DNA of 37,994 nt from Gemmataceae bacterium (GCA_031363325.1 JANLUE010001505.1:1-37994); one strand, 5' to 3'; positions 18,582 to 27,640 are shown, numbered from the stretch's first letter. Notes: generated by a model from the letters alone, not told the origin. Translations and numbers: made by a program.

Positions 18582-19091
18582 ATGTGTCGAGTACTCACCG
18601 CGATTGTCACGCTGCTTCTGGCATTCGCCGGCCTCGGTCGAAGCACCGACCCACCGGCCGAAAAATCGATCACTTCCAAGACCGCGACCGTTGATGTCGA
18701 ATTGACCGAGGACATACGGACGGTGCTCGCCCGCGCCGTGGCGGGTGAATCCGATCGACCGGCTCGTCTGGTCGTTCGAGGCCTGCGGTCGCCTGAAGGT
18801 TGGAATGGGCGAAATGCGGTCCGGGTGTTTGTCAACAAAGCGGACGCGACGGCGGAGACACCTGTCGAGTCGTCGAACTACGTGTGGGAATTTGGTCTCG
18901 ACCGTACGGACCCCGACAAACCGAAAAACGTCGGCATGGATTTGCTCGGGCCATTGAAGGCCATCAAATGGCAGCCCGGCGACAAGATTCAACTCACCTT
19001 CGTGCTCGTCTCGGGCGATGGGGCCGCGCTTCCGGCGGAAACGAAAGTCCCTTTCCGCGATGTCGTTCTCTCGACCACTCCTCCCAAATAA
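18582..19091 (+). CDS. small secreted protein resembling the tyrosinase/PPO C-terminal (KFDV-like) domain
   Basis: 169 aa. Signal peptide MCRVLTAIVTLLLAFAGLG. The pattern ARLVVRGLRSP...VRVFVNKAD...QLTFVLVSGDG...VPFRDVVL parallels the C-terminal part of the adjacent tyrosinase (VRLRLRKLNP...LEVYLAID...VRFVPRTVGGE...EVTFDVV). Confidence 0.5.
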   Translation: MCRVLTAIVTLLLAFAGLGRSTDPPAEKSITSKTATVDVELTEDIRTVLARAVAGESDRPARLVVRGLRSPEGWNGRNAVRVFVNKADATAETPVESSNYVWEFGLDRTDPDKPKNVGMDLLGPLKAIKWQPGDKIQLTFVLVSGDGAALPAETKVPFRDVVLSTTPPK

Positions 19092-19250
19092 CTCGACGCG
19101 GTGAGTTCGCCGCGACGCCTATTCTCGGGTTCGCGTCCTCCCTTTGCCCGACCGTCGCCCATCTGCTACACTTCACTCTACCTACCGGCCCACGCTCGCA
19201 ATCGCCCACCATCGCCCACCGAATTGACTCTCCGCACTCCGGGTGAACGC

Positions 19251-22200
19251 ATGTTCCTTCGTCGATTCGTACTGGCTGCCTTGTTCGCCGCCGCTCTGCC
19301 GCTCGCGGCCCAGGAGAAGATTCCGGCCGGACGCACCGTCGCCAAGCTCGACGCCTGGCCAGCGACGATCGAACTGAAGCACACGTTCGACTACGCACAA
19401 ATTCTGCTCACCGCCACGCTCGACAACGGCGATTCGGTCGACGTCACGCGGATCGCCAAGCTTGAAGTGCCGGCGATCGTCAAGGCGACGTCGGCCGGGC
19501 TCGTTCGGCCCGTGGCCGAGGGTAGCGGGGCGATCAAGGCATCGATCGAAGGCAAGTCGCTCGAAGTGCCGACGAAGGTTTCGGGCTTGAAGACCCGCTA
19601 CGAAGCGTCCTTCGTCACCGATGTCGCGCCAGCCATGTCGAAGCTCGGCTGCAATGCCGGCACCTGCCACGGTTCGCTCGACGGCAAGAACGGCTTCAAG
19701 CTTTCGCTCCGCGGGTACGACCCGCTGTACGATCATCGAGCCCTGACCGATGATCTTGAAGGGCGTCGCTTCAACCGGGCCGCCCCGGACCGAAGTTTGA
19801 TGCTCATGAAGCCGGGTGGGGCCGTTCCGCACGCAGGCGGCATCGTGTGGCAGCCGGGCGACCCGTACTACGAACTCGTCAAGACGTGGATCTCCGAAGG
19901 CGTGAAGCTCGACCTGAGTTCGCCGCGCGTCGCCAGCCTCGAAGTTCTGCCGAAAGACCCGATCATCCCGGCCATCGGCCTCAAGCAGCAGTTCGCCGTG
20001 TACGCCAAGTACACCGATGGCAAGGTTCGCGACGTGACGGCCGAAGCGTTTATCGATAGCGCCAATACCGAAGTGGCGACCGTCGATAAGACCGGTCTGG
20101 TCACGACGGTTCGTCGTGGCGAAGCGACGATGCTCGCCCGCTACGAAGGGGCCTATTCCGCGAGTACGCTCGTGAGCATGGGCGACCGCTCCGGCTTCAC
20201 CTGGTCGAACCCGCCTCAGTTCAATCACCTGGACGGGCTCGTCTACGAGAAACTCAAGCGCGTAAAGGTATTGCCGAGCGAGTTGTGTTCGGACGCGGAC
20301 TTCGTGCGCCGAATTCACATTGACCTGATCGGCCTGCCGCCGGAGCCCGCTGTGGTCCGTTCGTTCCTGGCCGACGCTCGAGCCACGCAGGTCAAGCGCG
20401 ATGCCTTGATCGACGCGCTCGTCGGGTCGCCGGAGTACATCGAACACTGGACGAGCAAATGGGCCGACATGCTCCAGGTGAACCGCAAGTTCCTGGGCGA
20501 TGTCGGCGCGAAAGCGTTGCGAGACTACATTCGCAAGGCCGTCGCCGAAAACACCCCCTACGACAAGTTCGCCCGCGCGGTATTGACGGAGAGCGGCTCG
20601 AACGCCGAGAAGCCGGCCGCCGCGTACTACAAGGTTCTCCGCGAGCCCGATGCCGCCATGGAGAACACGACGCACCTGTTCCTGGCGATTCGCTTCAATT
20701 GCAACAAGTGCCACGACCATCCGTTCGAGCGCTGGACCCAGGATCAGTACTATTCGCTGGCCTCGTTCTTCGCGCAGGTCGGTCGGGCCGAGGACCCGAA
20801 GTACAAGGGCCAACGAATTGGCGGTAGTGCGGTTGAAGGGGCCGTCCCGCTCGTCGAAGTGATCTCGGATACGGGGGGTGGTGAAGTCACGCACATCCGC
20901 ACGGGGCAGACGGCCAAGCCATCCTTCCCGTACACCCACAAGGATTTGCCGACCGGCAAGGAGCCGCGTCGCGAGCAGGTCGCGAAGTGGATTACTTCGC
21001 GCGACAACCCGTACTTCGCGAAGAGCTACGTTAACCGCATCTGGAGCTACCTGACGGGCGTCGGCATCATCGAGCCGGTGGACGACATCCGGGCCGGCAA
21101 CCCGCCGACGAACCCGGCCCTGCTCGATCGCCTGTCGAAGGACTTCATGGAGAGCAACTTCGACGTCCAGAAGATGATCAAGACGATCTGCAAGAGTCGC
21201 ACGTATCAACTCGCCGTGTCCACCAACAAATGGAACGACGGAGACGACATCAACTATTCGCACGCGTTGGCCCGTCGCCTGCCCGCCGAGGTGCTGTACG
21301 ACGCGATCCACCGCGTGACCGGGTCGGCCTCGCGCTTGCCCGGTTTGCCGGTCGGTGCGCGGGCGTCGCAGGTGCTCGATGGCACCGTCGACTTGCCGAG
21401 TGGGTTCCTCGATCTGTTCGGCAAGCCGGTCCGCGAGAGCGCCTGCGAATGCGAGCGCTCGAACAGCATGATGCTTGGGCCGGTTTTGAACCTGGTGAAC
21501 GGGCCGATCGTCGGCGATGCCCTGCGCGACCCGGCCAATCGCCTCGGCAAGATCGCGGCGGCCAACCCGGACGACAAGAAGTTCGTCGAAGAAGTGTACC
21601 TCGCCATTCTGAATCGCCTGCCCTCGGCGAAGGAACTCGAAATTGGCCTGCGCGCCGTCAACGAAGGCATGGCCGACCACGCGACGCAGACGGCCGAGTT
21701 CGCCGGCAAAATGAAGACGTTCAAGGATCACGAAGCGAAGGTCGATGCCCGTCAGACCAACTGGGAACGCGGGATTTCCGAAGCCCCGACGTGGGAGTTG
21801 CTCACGCCGACGACCGTGGCCTCGATCAACAAGGCGAAGTTGAACATCAACAAGGCCGATCAAACGGTCCTCGTCAACGGCCCGAATCCCGAGAAGGAAA
21901 CCTACACGGTCACCTTCAAGTCCAAGCTCGCGCTGGTCACCGCCCTGCGGCTCGAAGCGCTGTCCGACCCGACTCTGCCGGCGCAAGGCCCCGGCCGGGC
22001 CGATAACGGCAACTTCGTGCTCGGCGAATTCACCGTGAAGGCCGGCCCGTCCGAGAAACCGATGGAATCGAAGTCGATCGTTTTGCACAGGCCGGTCGCC
22101 ACGTTCTCGCAGGAGGGCTACCCAATCGCCAACGTGCTCGATGGCAACCCGACGACCGGGTGGGCGATCTCGCCGCAGATTGGCAAGTCGCAATCGGCCC

Positions 22201-22562
22201 TGTTCGAGTTGAAGGACGTGCTGACCTACGAGAAGGGCACGTTGTTCACGATCACCCTGAAGCACGAGTTCGGCCAGAAGCACACGATCGGCAAGTTCCG
22301 CGTCTCGGCCACGTCGGACGCGCAACCGAAACTCGCTGACGGCGTGCCGGAGAACCTGCGAAAGCTGATCGCCATCCCCGCCGCCAAGCGAACCGACGCC
22401 CAGAAGGCGGAGATACAAAACATTCACCGCTCGCAGGACGCGGAGTATCAGCGACTTGCGGGCACGGTCGCGCTGCCGCCGCCAAGCGACAAGCGCGTCA
22501 CGGGTGCCCAGGACCTGGCGTGGGCGCTGATCAACAGCCCGGCGTTCCTGTTCAACCATTGA
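19251..22562 (+). CDS. DUF1549/DUF1553 (PSCyt/PSD1-type) planctomycete protein with Ig-like domain
   Basis: About 1103 aa from the ATG at 19251. Signal peptide MFLRRFVLAALFAAALPLAA. It has SKLGCNAGTCHGS, FNCNKCHDHPFERWTQDQYY and the C-terminal ...NSPAFLFNH typical of this family. Confidence 0.85.
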   Translation: MFLRRFVLAALFAAALPLAAQEKIPAGRTVAKLDAWPATIELKHTFDYAQILLTATLDNGDSVDVTRIAKLEVPAIVKATSAGLVRPVAEGSGAIKASIEGKSLEVPTKVSGLKTRYEASFVTDVAPAMSKLGCNAGTCHGSLDGKNGFKLSLRGYDPLYDHRALTDDLEGRRFNRAAPDRSLMLMKPGGAVPHAGGIVWQPGDPYYELVKTWISEGVKLDLSSPRVASLEVLPKDPIIPAIGLKQQFAVYAKYTDGKVRDVTAEAFIDSANTEVATVDKTGLVTTVRRGEATMLARYEGAYSASTLVSMGDRSGFTWSNPPQFNHLDGLVYEKLKRVKVLPSELCSDADFVRRIHIDLIGLPPEPAVVRSFLADARATQVKRDALIDALVGSPEYIEHWTSKWADMLQVNRKFLGDVGAKALRDYIRKAVAENTPYDKFARAVLTESGSNAEKPAAAYYKVLREPDAAMENTTHLFLAIRFNCNKCHDHPFERWTQDQYYSLASFFAQVGRAEDPKYKGQRIGGSAVEGAVPLVEVISDTGGGEVTHIRTGQTAKPSFPYTHKDLPTGKEPRREQVAKWITSRDNPYFAKSYVNRIWSYLTGVGIIEPVDDIRAGNPPTNPALLDRLSKDFMESNFDVQKMIKTICKSRTYQLAVSTNKWNDGDDINYSHALARRLPAEVLYDAIHRVTGSASRLPGLPVGARASQVLDGTVDLPSGFLDLFGKPVRESACECERSNSMMLGPVLNLVNGPIVGDALRDPANRLGKIAAANPDDKKFVEEVYLAILNRLPSAKELEIGLRAVNEGMADHATQTAEFAGKMKTFKDHEAKVDARQTNWERGISEAPTWELLTPTTVASINKAKLNINKADQTVLVNGPNPEKETYTVTFKSKLALVTALRLEALSDPTLPAQGPGRADNGNFVLGEFTVKAGPSEKPMESKSIVLHRPVATFSQEGYPIANVLDGNPTTGWAISPQIGKSQSALFELKDVLTYEKGTLFTITLKHEFGQKHTIGKFRVSATSDAQPKLADGVPENLRKLIAIPAAKRTDAQKAEIQNIHRSQDAEYQRLAGTVALPPPSDKRVTGAQDLAWALINSPAFLFNH

Positions 22563-22572
22563 GCGACGGCCA

Positions 22573-22695
22573 ATGACGACTGATGAGTTCTTCCAGTTTC
22601 TGGAAGAGTAGTAGCCGGCCGAACCGGAGAGTGAGATCGCGTCGCTCAAGGCCGAGATCGGCGTGCGGTTGCCCGAGGATTACCGCCAGTACTCC
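22573..22695 (+). pseudogene. N-terminal remnant of an SMI1/KNR4 (SUKH-1)-like gene with two in-frame TAG codons
   Basis: Reads MTTDEFFQFLEE-TAG-TAG-PAEPESEIASLKAEIGVRLPEDYRQY. The '...I..lE..iGv.LPeDYr.f' pattern is the hallmark N-terminus of SUKH-1 proteins. Similarity is lost after about 22695. Confidence 0.4.
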
Positions 22696-22816
22696 TCGAC
22701 CGCCCAGTCGAGCGTGTCGACATCCAGGGCTTCCGGTTCCCCCACCGGGTCGATCAACGCCGTCGTGTTCCCAACCGCGTCGAACGTCAACGCCGAGCGA
22801 AAAGCCAACGCCTGGG

Positions 22817-23260
22817 TCATTCCGTCTTGTGATTTTTGCGCCACGTGTTAGGCATAGACAGTTGAACATAAGGCTGCCAACCAAGCCATACAAAATCGGA
22901 CTCATTTAGGTCATGCAGTGGTTTGTTTGCCTTTTGCTTTTCGACCTCTGACATGAATATGTCAATTGCACTTCTGATTGCCTCGTCAACAGACTTTCCG
23001 ATTCCGCAACTATGTTCAATACACTGGGTGACGGAATTGAATACATGGACGTTTGGCACCGCTTGAAATTCGCCACCTCCCATGTCCAACACTTTCAGGG
23101 TCCAGCACCCGAACGGCAATTGTTCGTAAGTGGAAACGTCATAATAGCCGACCACTCGGTCCACACGGAAGCGACCGAATTGCGGATGACGATATTCACG
23201 CCGAACGTCGGCGTCATTCTCATTCATTTTTCCGTGATCCAGATGAGACAATTTCGTCAT
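22817..23260 (-). CDS. hypothetical protein in a low-GC island
   Basis: 147-aa ORF in a region of about 32-45% GC (hand counts of 60-nt lines), against about 67% in the neighbouring nagA. No recognisable motif. Confidence 0.5.
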   Translation of the reverse strand: MTKLSHLDHGKMNENDADVRREYRHPQFGRFRVDRVVGYYDVSTYEQLPFGCWTLKVLDMGGGEFQAVPNVHVFNSVTQCIEHSCGIGKSVDEAIRSAIDIFMSEVEKQKANKPLHDLNESDFVWLGWQPYVQLSMPNTWRKNHKTE

Positions 23261-23340
23261 TTAGTATATCAATATCACTACCACATGGGACCGACTCGGT
23301 CTTCGCCCGATTCGACCAGTTCCGATGCAGAACTTTCGAT

Positions 23341-23718
23341 TCACTCCGAATTCAAACTCGCCAGAATCGAGGTTCGGATTTTCCTAAGCAACTCAACACA
23401 CTGTTGGACGGTCAATCTTGAGATCATTAGACATTCTGCGTCGTTATAACCTAGTTCCGATATCAATACTGAGAGCGACAAGTAGCAAATCCTCAATTCA
23501 ATTGATGTTTTAATCGGTGCTTCTAGACTCACTAATTCCTTCGACGGCTCTATCGTTTTGATGCACTCGCTCAACTCTTCATGCATTCTATGCATTGCTT
23601 CGATTTCATGACTTGTGCAAGGTGGCTTTGGCACAACGGAGAATGGGATCTCCGCACACCAAGTCAAAGCTTGAGAAATCGCACAGATCTCGTCGCGTGT
23701 GAGAACCATGTTTTTCAA
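23341..23718 (-). CDS. hypothetical protein in a low-GC island
   Basis: 125-aa ORF starting 51 nt downstream of the nagA stop on the same strand. AT-rich codon usage and no recognisable motif. Confidence 0.5.
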   Translation of the reverse strand: MKNMVLTRDEICAISQALTWCAEIPFSVVPKPPCTSHEIEAMHRMHEELSECIKTIEPSKELVSLEAPIKTSIELRICYLSLSVLISELGYNDAECLMISRLTVQQCVELLRKIRTSILASLNSE

Positions 23719-23769
23719 ATCCGTTCGGGCGAGACCCAGGTCGGCGATGGCTGTGCCAACTGCCCTCCC

Positions 23770-24888
23770 TCAATAGACCGCACGCACCTCCATCGCCCCG
23801 CCATCCCAATCGAACAACATCACCGGACCGACACTGCCAACCTTCAATTCCCACGGCGGCAATCCGAGTAACTCACGTGGGCGGGCGCTGGCCATGTCGA
23901 TCGCGTCGGCCAACGTCACGCCGGCCATGCGAATCAACTCGCCGATACAAGTGTCCGTGAACACGCCGGAGCCGGCCAAATACGGGGTTCCCGAGAGAAC
24001 CACTTTGCCGCCCGGAAGGACTTCGAGGTCGGTGCCCCATTCCGAATAGTGGCCGGGCGGCAGGCCCGCGAGGGAACTCGCGTCGCAGGTCACGATGGTG
24101 CGACGGGGGGTCTTCACGCGGACGATCGATTTCACGACGCTCGCGGGCAGGTGGTGGCCGTCCGGGATCAGGCTCGCCCACAATTCGTCGGCCGCGAGTT
24201 GTTCCCACAGGTAGTTGTCGTGGCGCGGCAAGACCGCGTGCGAGCCGTTGCCGAGATGCGTGCTCAGTCGAGCCCCGGCCGCGATGCCGGCGCGAATGTC
24301 GGCCGGGCTCGCGGCCGTGTGGCCGATCGCGACCGTCACACCCTCCCTGGTCAACGCTTCGATAAACGCGAGTGCCCCCGGTCGTTCCGGGGCGAGCGTC
24401 ACGAGCCGAATCCGTCCGCCGGCGGCGTCCTGCCAGCGGCGGAATTCATCGAGGTTCGGGTCGCGGACTTGGGCCTTCGGGTGCGCGCCGCGTGGGCCAT
24501 CTTCACCAGCGATGTACGGGCCTTCCAGATGAAAACCTGGCACGGCGGCCGCGATAACCGGGTCGGCTTCGATAGCTCGAACGAGCGTCTTCAGGCCGTG
24601 TTCGATTGAAGCGAAATCGTTCGTGATGAGCGTTGGCAACAGGCCGGCGATGCCGTGCGTGCGACATTCGGCCACGACTCGCGCGACTTCGTCGGTCGTC
24701 AGTCGTGGCGAATTAAAACTGACCCCGAGCCCGCCGTTGATTTGCAAATCGAACAGCGCGGGTGAAATCCAGTCGGCTTCGCGATCGGCCGGTTCGTTCG
24801 TCGCCGGGCCGATCGAGACGATGCGCCCGGCCTCGTGCCGAACGTCGAGGCGTTCGCCGGTCGCATAATGGCGAGCCCGGAGGAGCAC
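23770..24888 (-). CDS. nagA: N-acetylglucosamine-6-phosphate deacetylase
   Basis: 372 aa with a GTG start. It has FDLQINGGLG (E. coli-type QxN instead of HxH), FHLEGPY, AIGHT, THLGNG and the amidohydrolase fold pattern. Confidence 0.88.
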   Translation of the reverse strand: MLLRARHYATGERLDVRHEAGRIVSIGPATNEPADREADWISPALFDLQINGGLGVSFNSPRLTTDEVARVVAECRTHGIAGLLPTLITNDFASIEHGLKTLVRAIEADPVIAAAVPGFHLEGPYIAGEDGPRGAHPKAQVRDPNLDEFRRWQDAAGGRIRLVTLAPERPGALAFIEALTREGVTVAIGHTAASPADIRAGIAAGARLSTHLGNGSHAVLPRHDNYLWEQLAADELWASLIPDGHHLPASVVKSIVRVKTPRRTIVTCDASSLAGLPPGHYSEWGTDLEVLPGGKVVLSGTPYLAGSGVFTDTCIGELIRMAGVTLADAIDMASARPRELLGLPPWELKVGSVGPVMLFDWDGGAMEVRAVY

Positions 24889-24889
24889 G

Positions 24890-26074
24890 TCACGCCCTCA
24901 AAATGAAACACTTCAAGTACGACGTTTCGAGACAACTGACGGCCACTGGGTGATCGGGGGCCGCGCCACGGCGATCGAGAATCTGCACGTCGCGACGTTC
25001 CTCGCCGACCACCCGAGCGATCAAGTCCGTCAGCGGCTCCGGCCCGATCAGGCCCGAGCAACAACAGAAGACGAGATACCCACCGGGCTCCGTGACCTTC
25101 AAGCCTTGCTTGATGAGTTGCCAGTAGCCCCGCATCGCCTCGGGGATTGAGGCCCGGTTGCGGGCGAATTTCGGTGGGTCGAGCACGACGACGCCAAACG
25201 TTCGACCCGCTTGCACGGACGCATCCAGGAATTTGAATACGTCCGCTTTGGTGAACGTGAGTTGGCTGAGGCCGTTCCGCTCGGCGTTCTTGCGCGCGAG
25301 CGCGAGCGCGGGCTCCGAGACATCGATGCCGTCGACGGCCGTCGCCCCGGCCCGGGCGGCGTGAATACCGAAACCGCCCGTGTAACAGAACGCATCGAGC
25401 ACGGTTCGACCGGCGGCCAGTCGCGCCACCGCTCGACGGTTGTCGCGTTGATCGTGATAGAAGCCGGTCTTCTGGCCCTCGGCGATGTTCACTTGAAACG
25501 AGAGCCCGTCTTCGTCGATCGCGAGGTTGGCCGAGGGCAGTTCGCCAGCGAGCAAGCCATCCTGAAGAGTCAGTCCTTCGAGGGCCCCGACGCCCTTCTC
25601 GGTCCGCACGTAGATGCCGCGCGGTTGGATCAATTCGTTGAGCACGTCCGCGATCATGTCGCGACGGCCGGCGATGCCCAGGGCCGTCAGTTGGATCGTC
25701 AGGTAGCCGGCGTATTCGTCGATCGTGCAACCCGAGAGGCCATCCGCTTCGCTGAACGCGAGTCGGCAACCGCGATTCGGCCCACGCAGCCCCAGGGCTT
25801 CGCGCAGGCTGATCGCCCTGGCCAGGCGAGCGCGGAAGAAGTCGCGATCGAGGGGGAGTTCGGGCACCCAGGAGTACAGGCGAACGCGAATCTTGCTTTG
25901 GGCGTTGAAGAGGCCGCGAGCGATGAAGTTGCCGGCACTCGAATGGACATCGACTTCGGCACCGTCCGGCGGGTCGCCGTCCACGCGCTCGATCGTACCG
26001 GCGTAGACCCACGGATGGCGGTTCAAGGACGGTTGGGCCCGCTTGGGCTTCAACGTGACGATCGGGACGGCCAT
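24890..26074 (-). CDS. rlmI: PUA-domain class I SAM-dependent rRNA (cytosine-C5) methyltransferase, RlmI-like
   Basis: 394 aa. N-terminal HPWVYAGTI...FIARGLFNAQSKIRVRLYSW. SAM-binding region VLDAFCYTGGFGIHAA...IDVSE. VVLDPPKFA motif. Confidence 0.85.
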   Translation of the reverse strand: MAVPIVTLKPKRAQPSLNRHPWVYAGTIERVDGDPPDGAEVDVHSSAGNFIARGLFNAQSKIRVRLYSWVPELPLDRDFFRARLARAISLREALGLRGPNRGCRLAFSEADGLSGCTIDEYAGYLTIQLTALGIAGRRDMIADVLNELIQPRGIYVRTEKGVGALEGLTLQDGLLAGELPSANLAIDEDGLSFQVNIAEGQKTGFYHDQRDNRRAVARLAAGRTVLDAFCYTGGFGIHAARAGATAVDGIDVSEPALALARKNAERNGLSQLTFTKADVFKFLDASVQAGRTFGVVVLDPPKFARNRASIPEAMRGYWQLIKQGLKVTEPGGYLVFCCCSGLIGPEPLTDLIARVVGEERRDVQILDRRGAAPDHPVAVSCLETSYLKCFILRA

Positions 26075-26518
26075 TTACGCCAGGTTCTCTTCGACGGCCC
26101 GGATGTACTCGAGCGTGCGTGGCAGATCGCCGGCCGTCGTTCGGCAGCGAACCAGGGCCTTCACGCGGACGAGTAGTTCGGCCTTGTTGATCGGCTTGGT
26201 GAGAAAATCGTCAGTGCCGACATCGACGGCTCGATCGATGTCGACGTGCTGGTCGAGGGCCGTCACCATGAGCACGCCGACGGACCGAGTGGCCGGGTTG
26301 GCGCGAATCGCTCGACAGACCTCGAAGCCGCTGAGCTTCGGCATCATGACATCGAGCAAGACCACGTCCGGCTTCCATTCGCTGACAGCCTTGAGCGCCT
26401 CGTCGCCATTGGACGCGATCCGCGTCTCGTAGGTCGTCTCGGCGAGGTACGCCTCCAGGAGCTCCGCCCCCTGGGGATTGTCCTCGGCGATCAGAATTCG
26501 GGCGGGTGTGGCGCTCAC
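26075..26518 (-). CDS. single-domain response regulator (CheY-like receiver)
   Basis: 147 aa. It has ILIAEDN, the phospho-acceptor context VVLLDVMMPKLSG, and DDFLTKP. There is no output domain. Confidence 0.9.
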   Translation of the reverse strand: MSATPARILIAEDNPQGAELLEAYLAETTYETRIASNGDEALKAVSEWKPDVVLLDVMMPKLSGFEVCRAIRANPATRSVGVLMVTALDQHVDIDRAVDVGTDDFLTKPINKAELLVRVKALVRCRTTAGDLPRTLEYIRAVEENLA

Positions 26519-26667
26519 GACCGAGTCTCACCTGCCGAGATTCGGCATCGCAGATAGTGTACGGCGCGAGCGTTCGGGTTCCGCGACTTCGAGTGGCGGC
26601 AACCAAACCGGCCTTCCAAATTTCCCGGCACCGAACTATGTCCCCTTCCGTCCCGGGAGTTCCGCCA

Positions 26668-27474
26668 ATGCGCCGTTGCGCCCTGTCCACGTTCGTGCTG
26701 TTTCTCGCCTGCGCCGGTGGCGCGTCGGCGCAACAGGGGATTCCGTTTGTGCCGCCCAAGCCGCTCGGTGGGCCGATCGTCGGGCCGGATGGCAAGGTCT
26801 TGTCGGGGCTCGACCGCGAGGTTTCGCCGTGGAGCGGCGGGGCGGAACTCGGCATTTCAGGGAGCGACGGCAACTCGCGCGTGCTGAAGATTCGCGCGGG
26901 GCTCGATTTGAAATACGACTCGCCAGAAGACGTTTTCACCTTCAACGGCTTCTACGGCCTGTCGCAACAGGACGACGTTCTGAACGAGAACAAAGCCTTG
27001 CTCACGGCCCGCAACGAAATTCCGTTCGACGAAGTGTGGGCCTGGTTCTCGCAAGCGCAACTCGAATACGACGACTTCCGCGTGGTCGATCTGCGGCTCG
27101 CGCTCCATTCGGGCGTGTCGTACACGGCCATCAAGGACGAGAAGTCGCTGTTGAAGTTGCGGGCGGGCATCGGTGCCGCCCGCGAGATCGGCGGCGTGAA
27201 CCAGCGCTGGCTGCCCGAAGCCCAATTCGGCTTCGACTACGAATACAAACTCTCCGATCGCTCGAAGCTCATCGCCGCGGCGGACTATTACCCGGACCTG
27301 AAGAATTTCAGCCACTATCGCATCCGCGGCCGCATTTCCTTCGATACGTTGATCGACCCGGAGCACGGCATCCTGCTGCGAATTGGTGCTCAGGAGCGCT
27401 ACGACAGCGTCCCCGGCGGCGGAATCCGACGAAACGACCTGGATTACTACATCACATTGTTGATGCGGTTCTGA
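26668..27474 (+). CDS. DUF481 (YdiY-like) outer-membrane beta-barrel protein
   Basis: Signal peptide MRRCALSTFVLFLACAGGASA. Alternating-pattern beta strands and the C-terminal ...DLDYYITLLMRF. An alternative ATG lies at 26638. Confidence 0.75.
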   Translation: MRRCALSTFVLFLACAGGASAQQGIPFVPPKPLGGPIVGPDGKVLSGLDREVSPWSGGAELGISGSDGNSRVLKIRAGLDLKYDSPEDVFTFNGFYGLSQQDDVLNENKALLTARNEIPFDEVWAWFSQAQLEYDDFRVVDLRLALHSGVSYTAIKDEKSLLKLRAGIGAAREIGGVNQRWLPEAQFGFDYEYKLSDRSKLIAAADYYPDLKNFSHYRIRGRISFDTLIDPEHGILLRIGAQERYDSVPGGGIRRNDLDYYITLLMRF

Positions 27475-27640
27475 TCTCAACCCCATCCGGCAGCTAACGC
27501 GCTTACGCTTAAGCAGCCGGTTCGCCGTTTCGTGTTTGGCGACAGTCATTGACCCGCTACGACTTCCTGAAATCATGGTAACGCAATACACCGGGCGATT
27601 ACGTGTCCGGTGTATTGCGTTCGACAATCGTCCCCCTTCA

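Noticed and set aside
19182-22649. 1155-aa ORF on the minus strand, antisense to the DUF1549/DUF1553 gene
   Set aside because: It is a shadow ORF typical of high-GC DNA. The translation is Arg/Gly/Ala/Val-rich with no motifs, while the plus-strand frame carries clear family signatures.
22680-22820. 46-aa minus-strand ORF (MTQALAFRSALTFDAVGNTTALIDPVGEPE...) whose ATG overlaps the stop of the 147-aa ORF (ATGA) and which vaguely resembles an RHS/YD repeat
   Set aside because: It is too short and has only one YD-like unit. It is GC-rich, unlike the island genes, and competes with the plus-strand SUKH-like remnant. I cannot support it as a gene without a database search.
22811-23740. 8-bp inverted match CCTGGGTC (22811..22818) / GACCCAGG (23733..23740) near the borders of the low-GC island, considered as possible terminal inverted repeats
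   Set aside because: Eight bp of GC-rich sequence is expected by chance in a window of this size. No transposase, target-site duplication or longer terminal repeats are visible.
24730-24750. NagA lacks the HxH metal-binding motif (reads DLQINGG)
   Set aside because: The QxN variant is the normal state in E. coli-type mononuclear NagA enzymes, so it is not evidence of inactivation.
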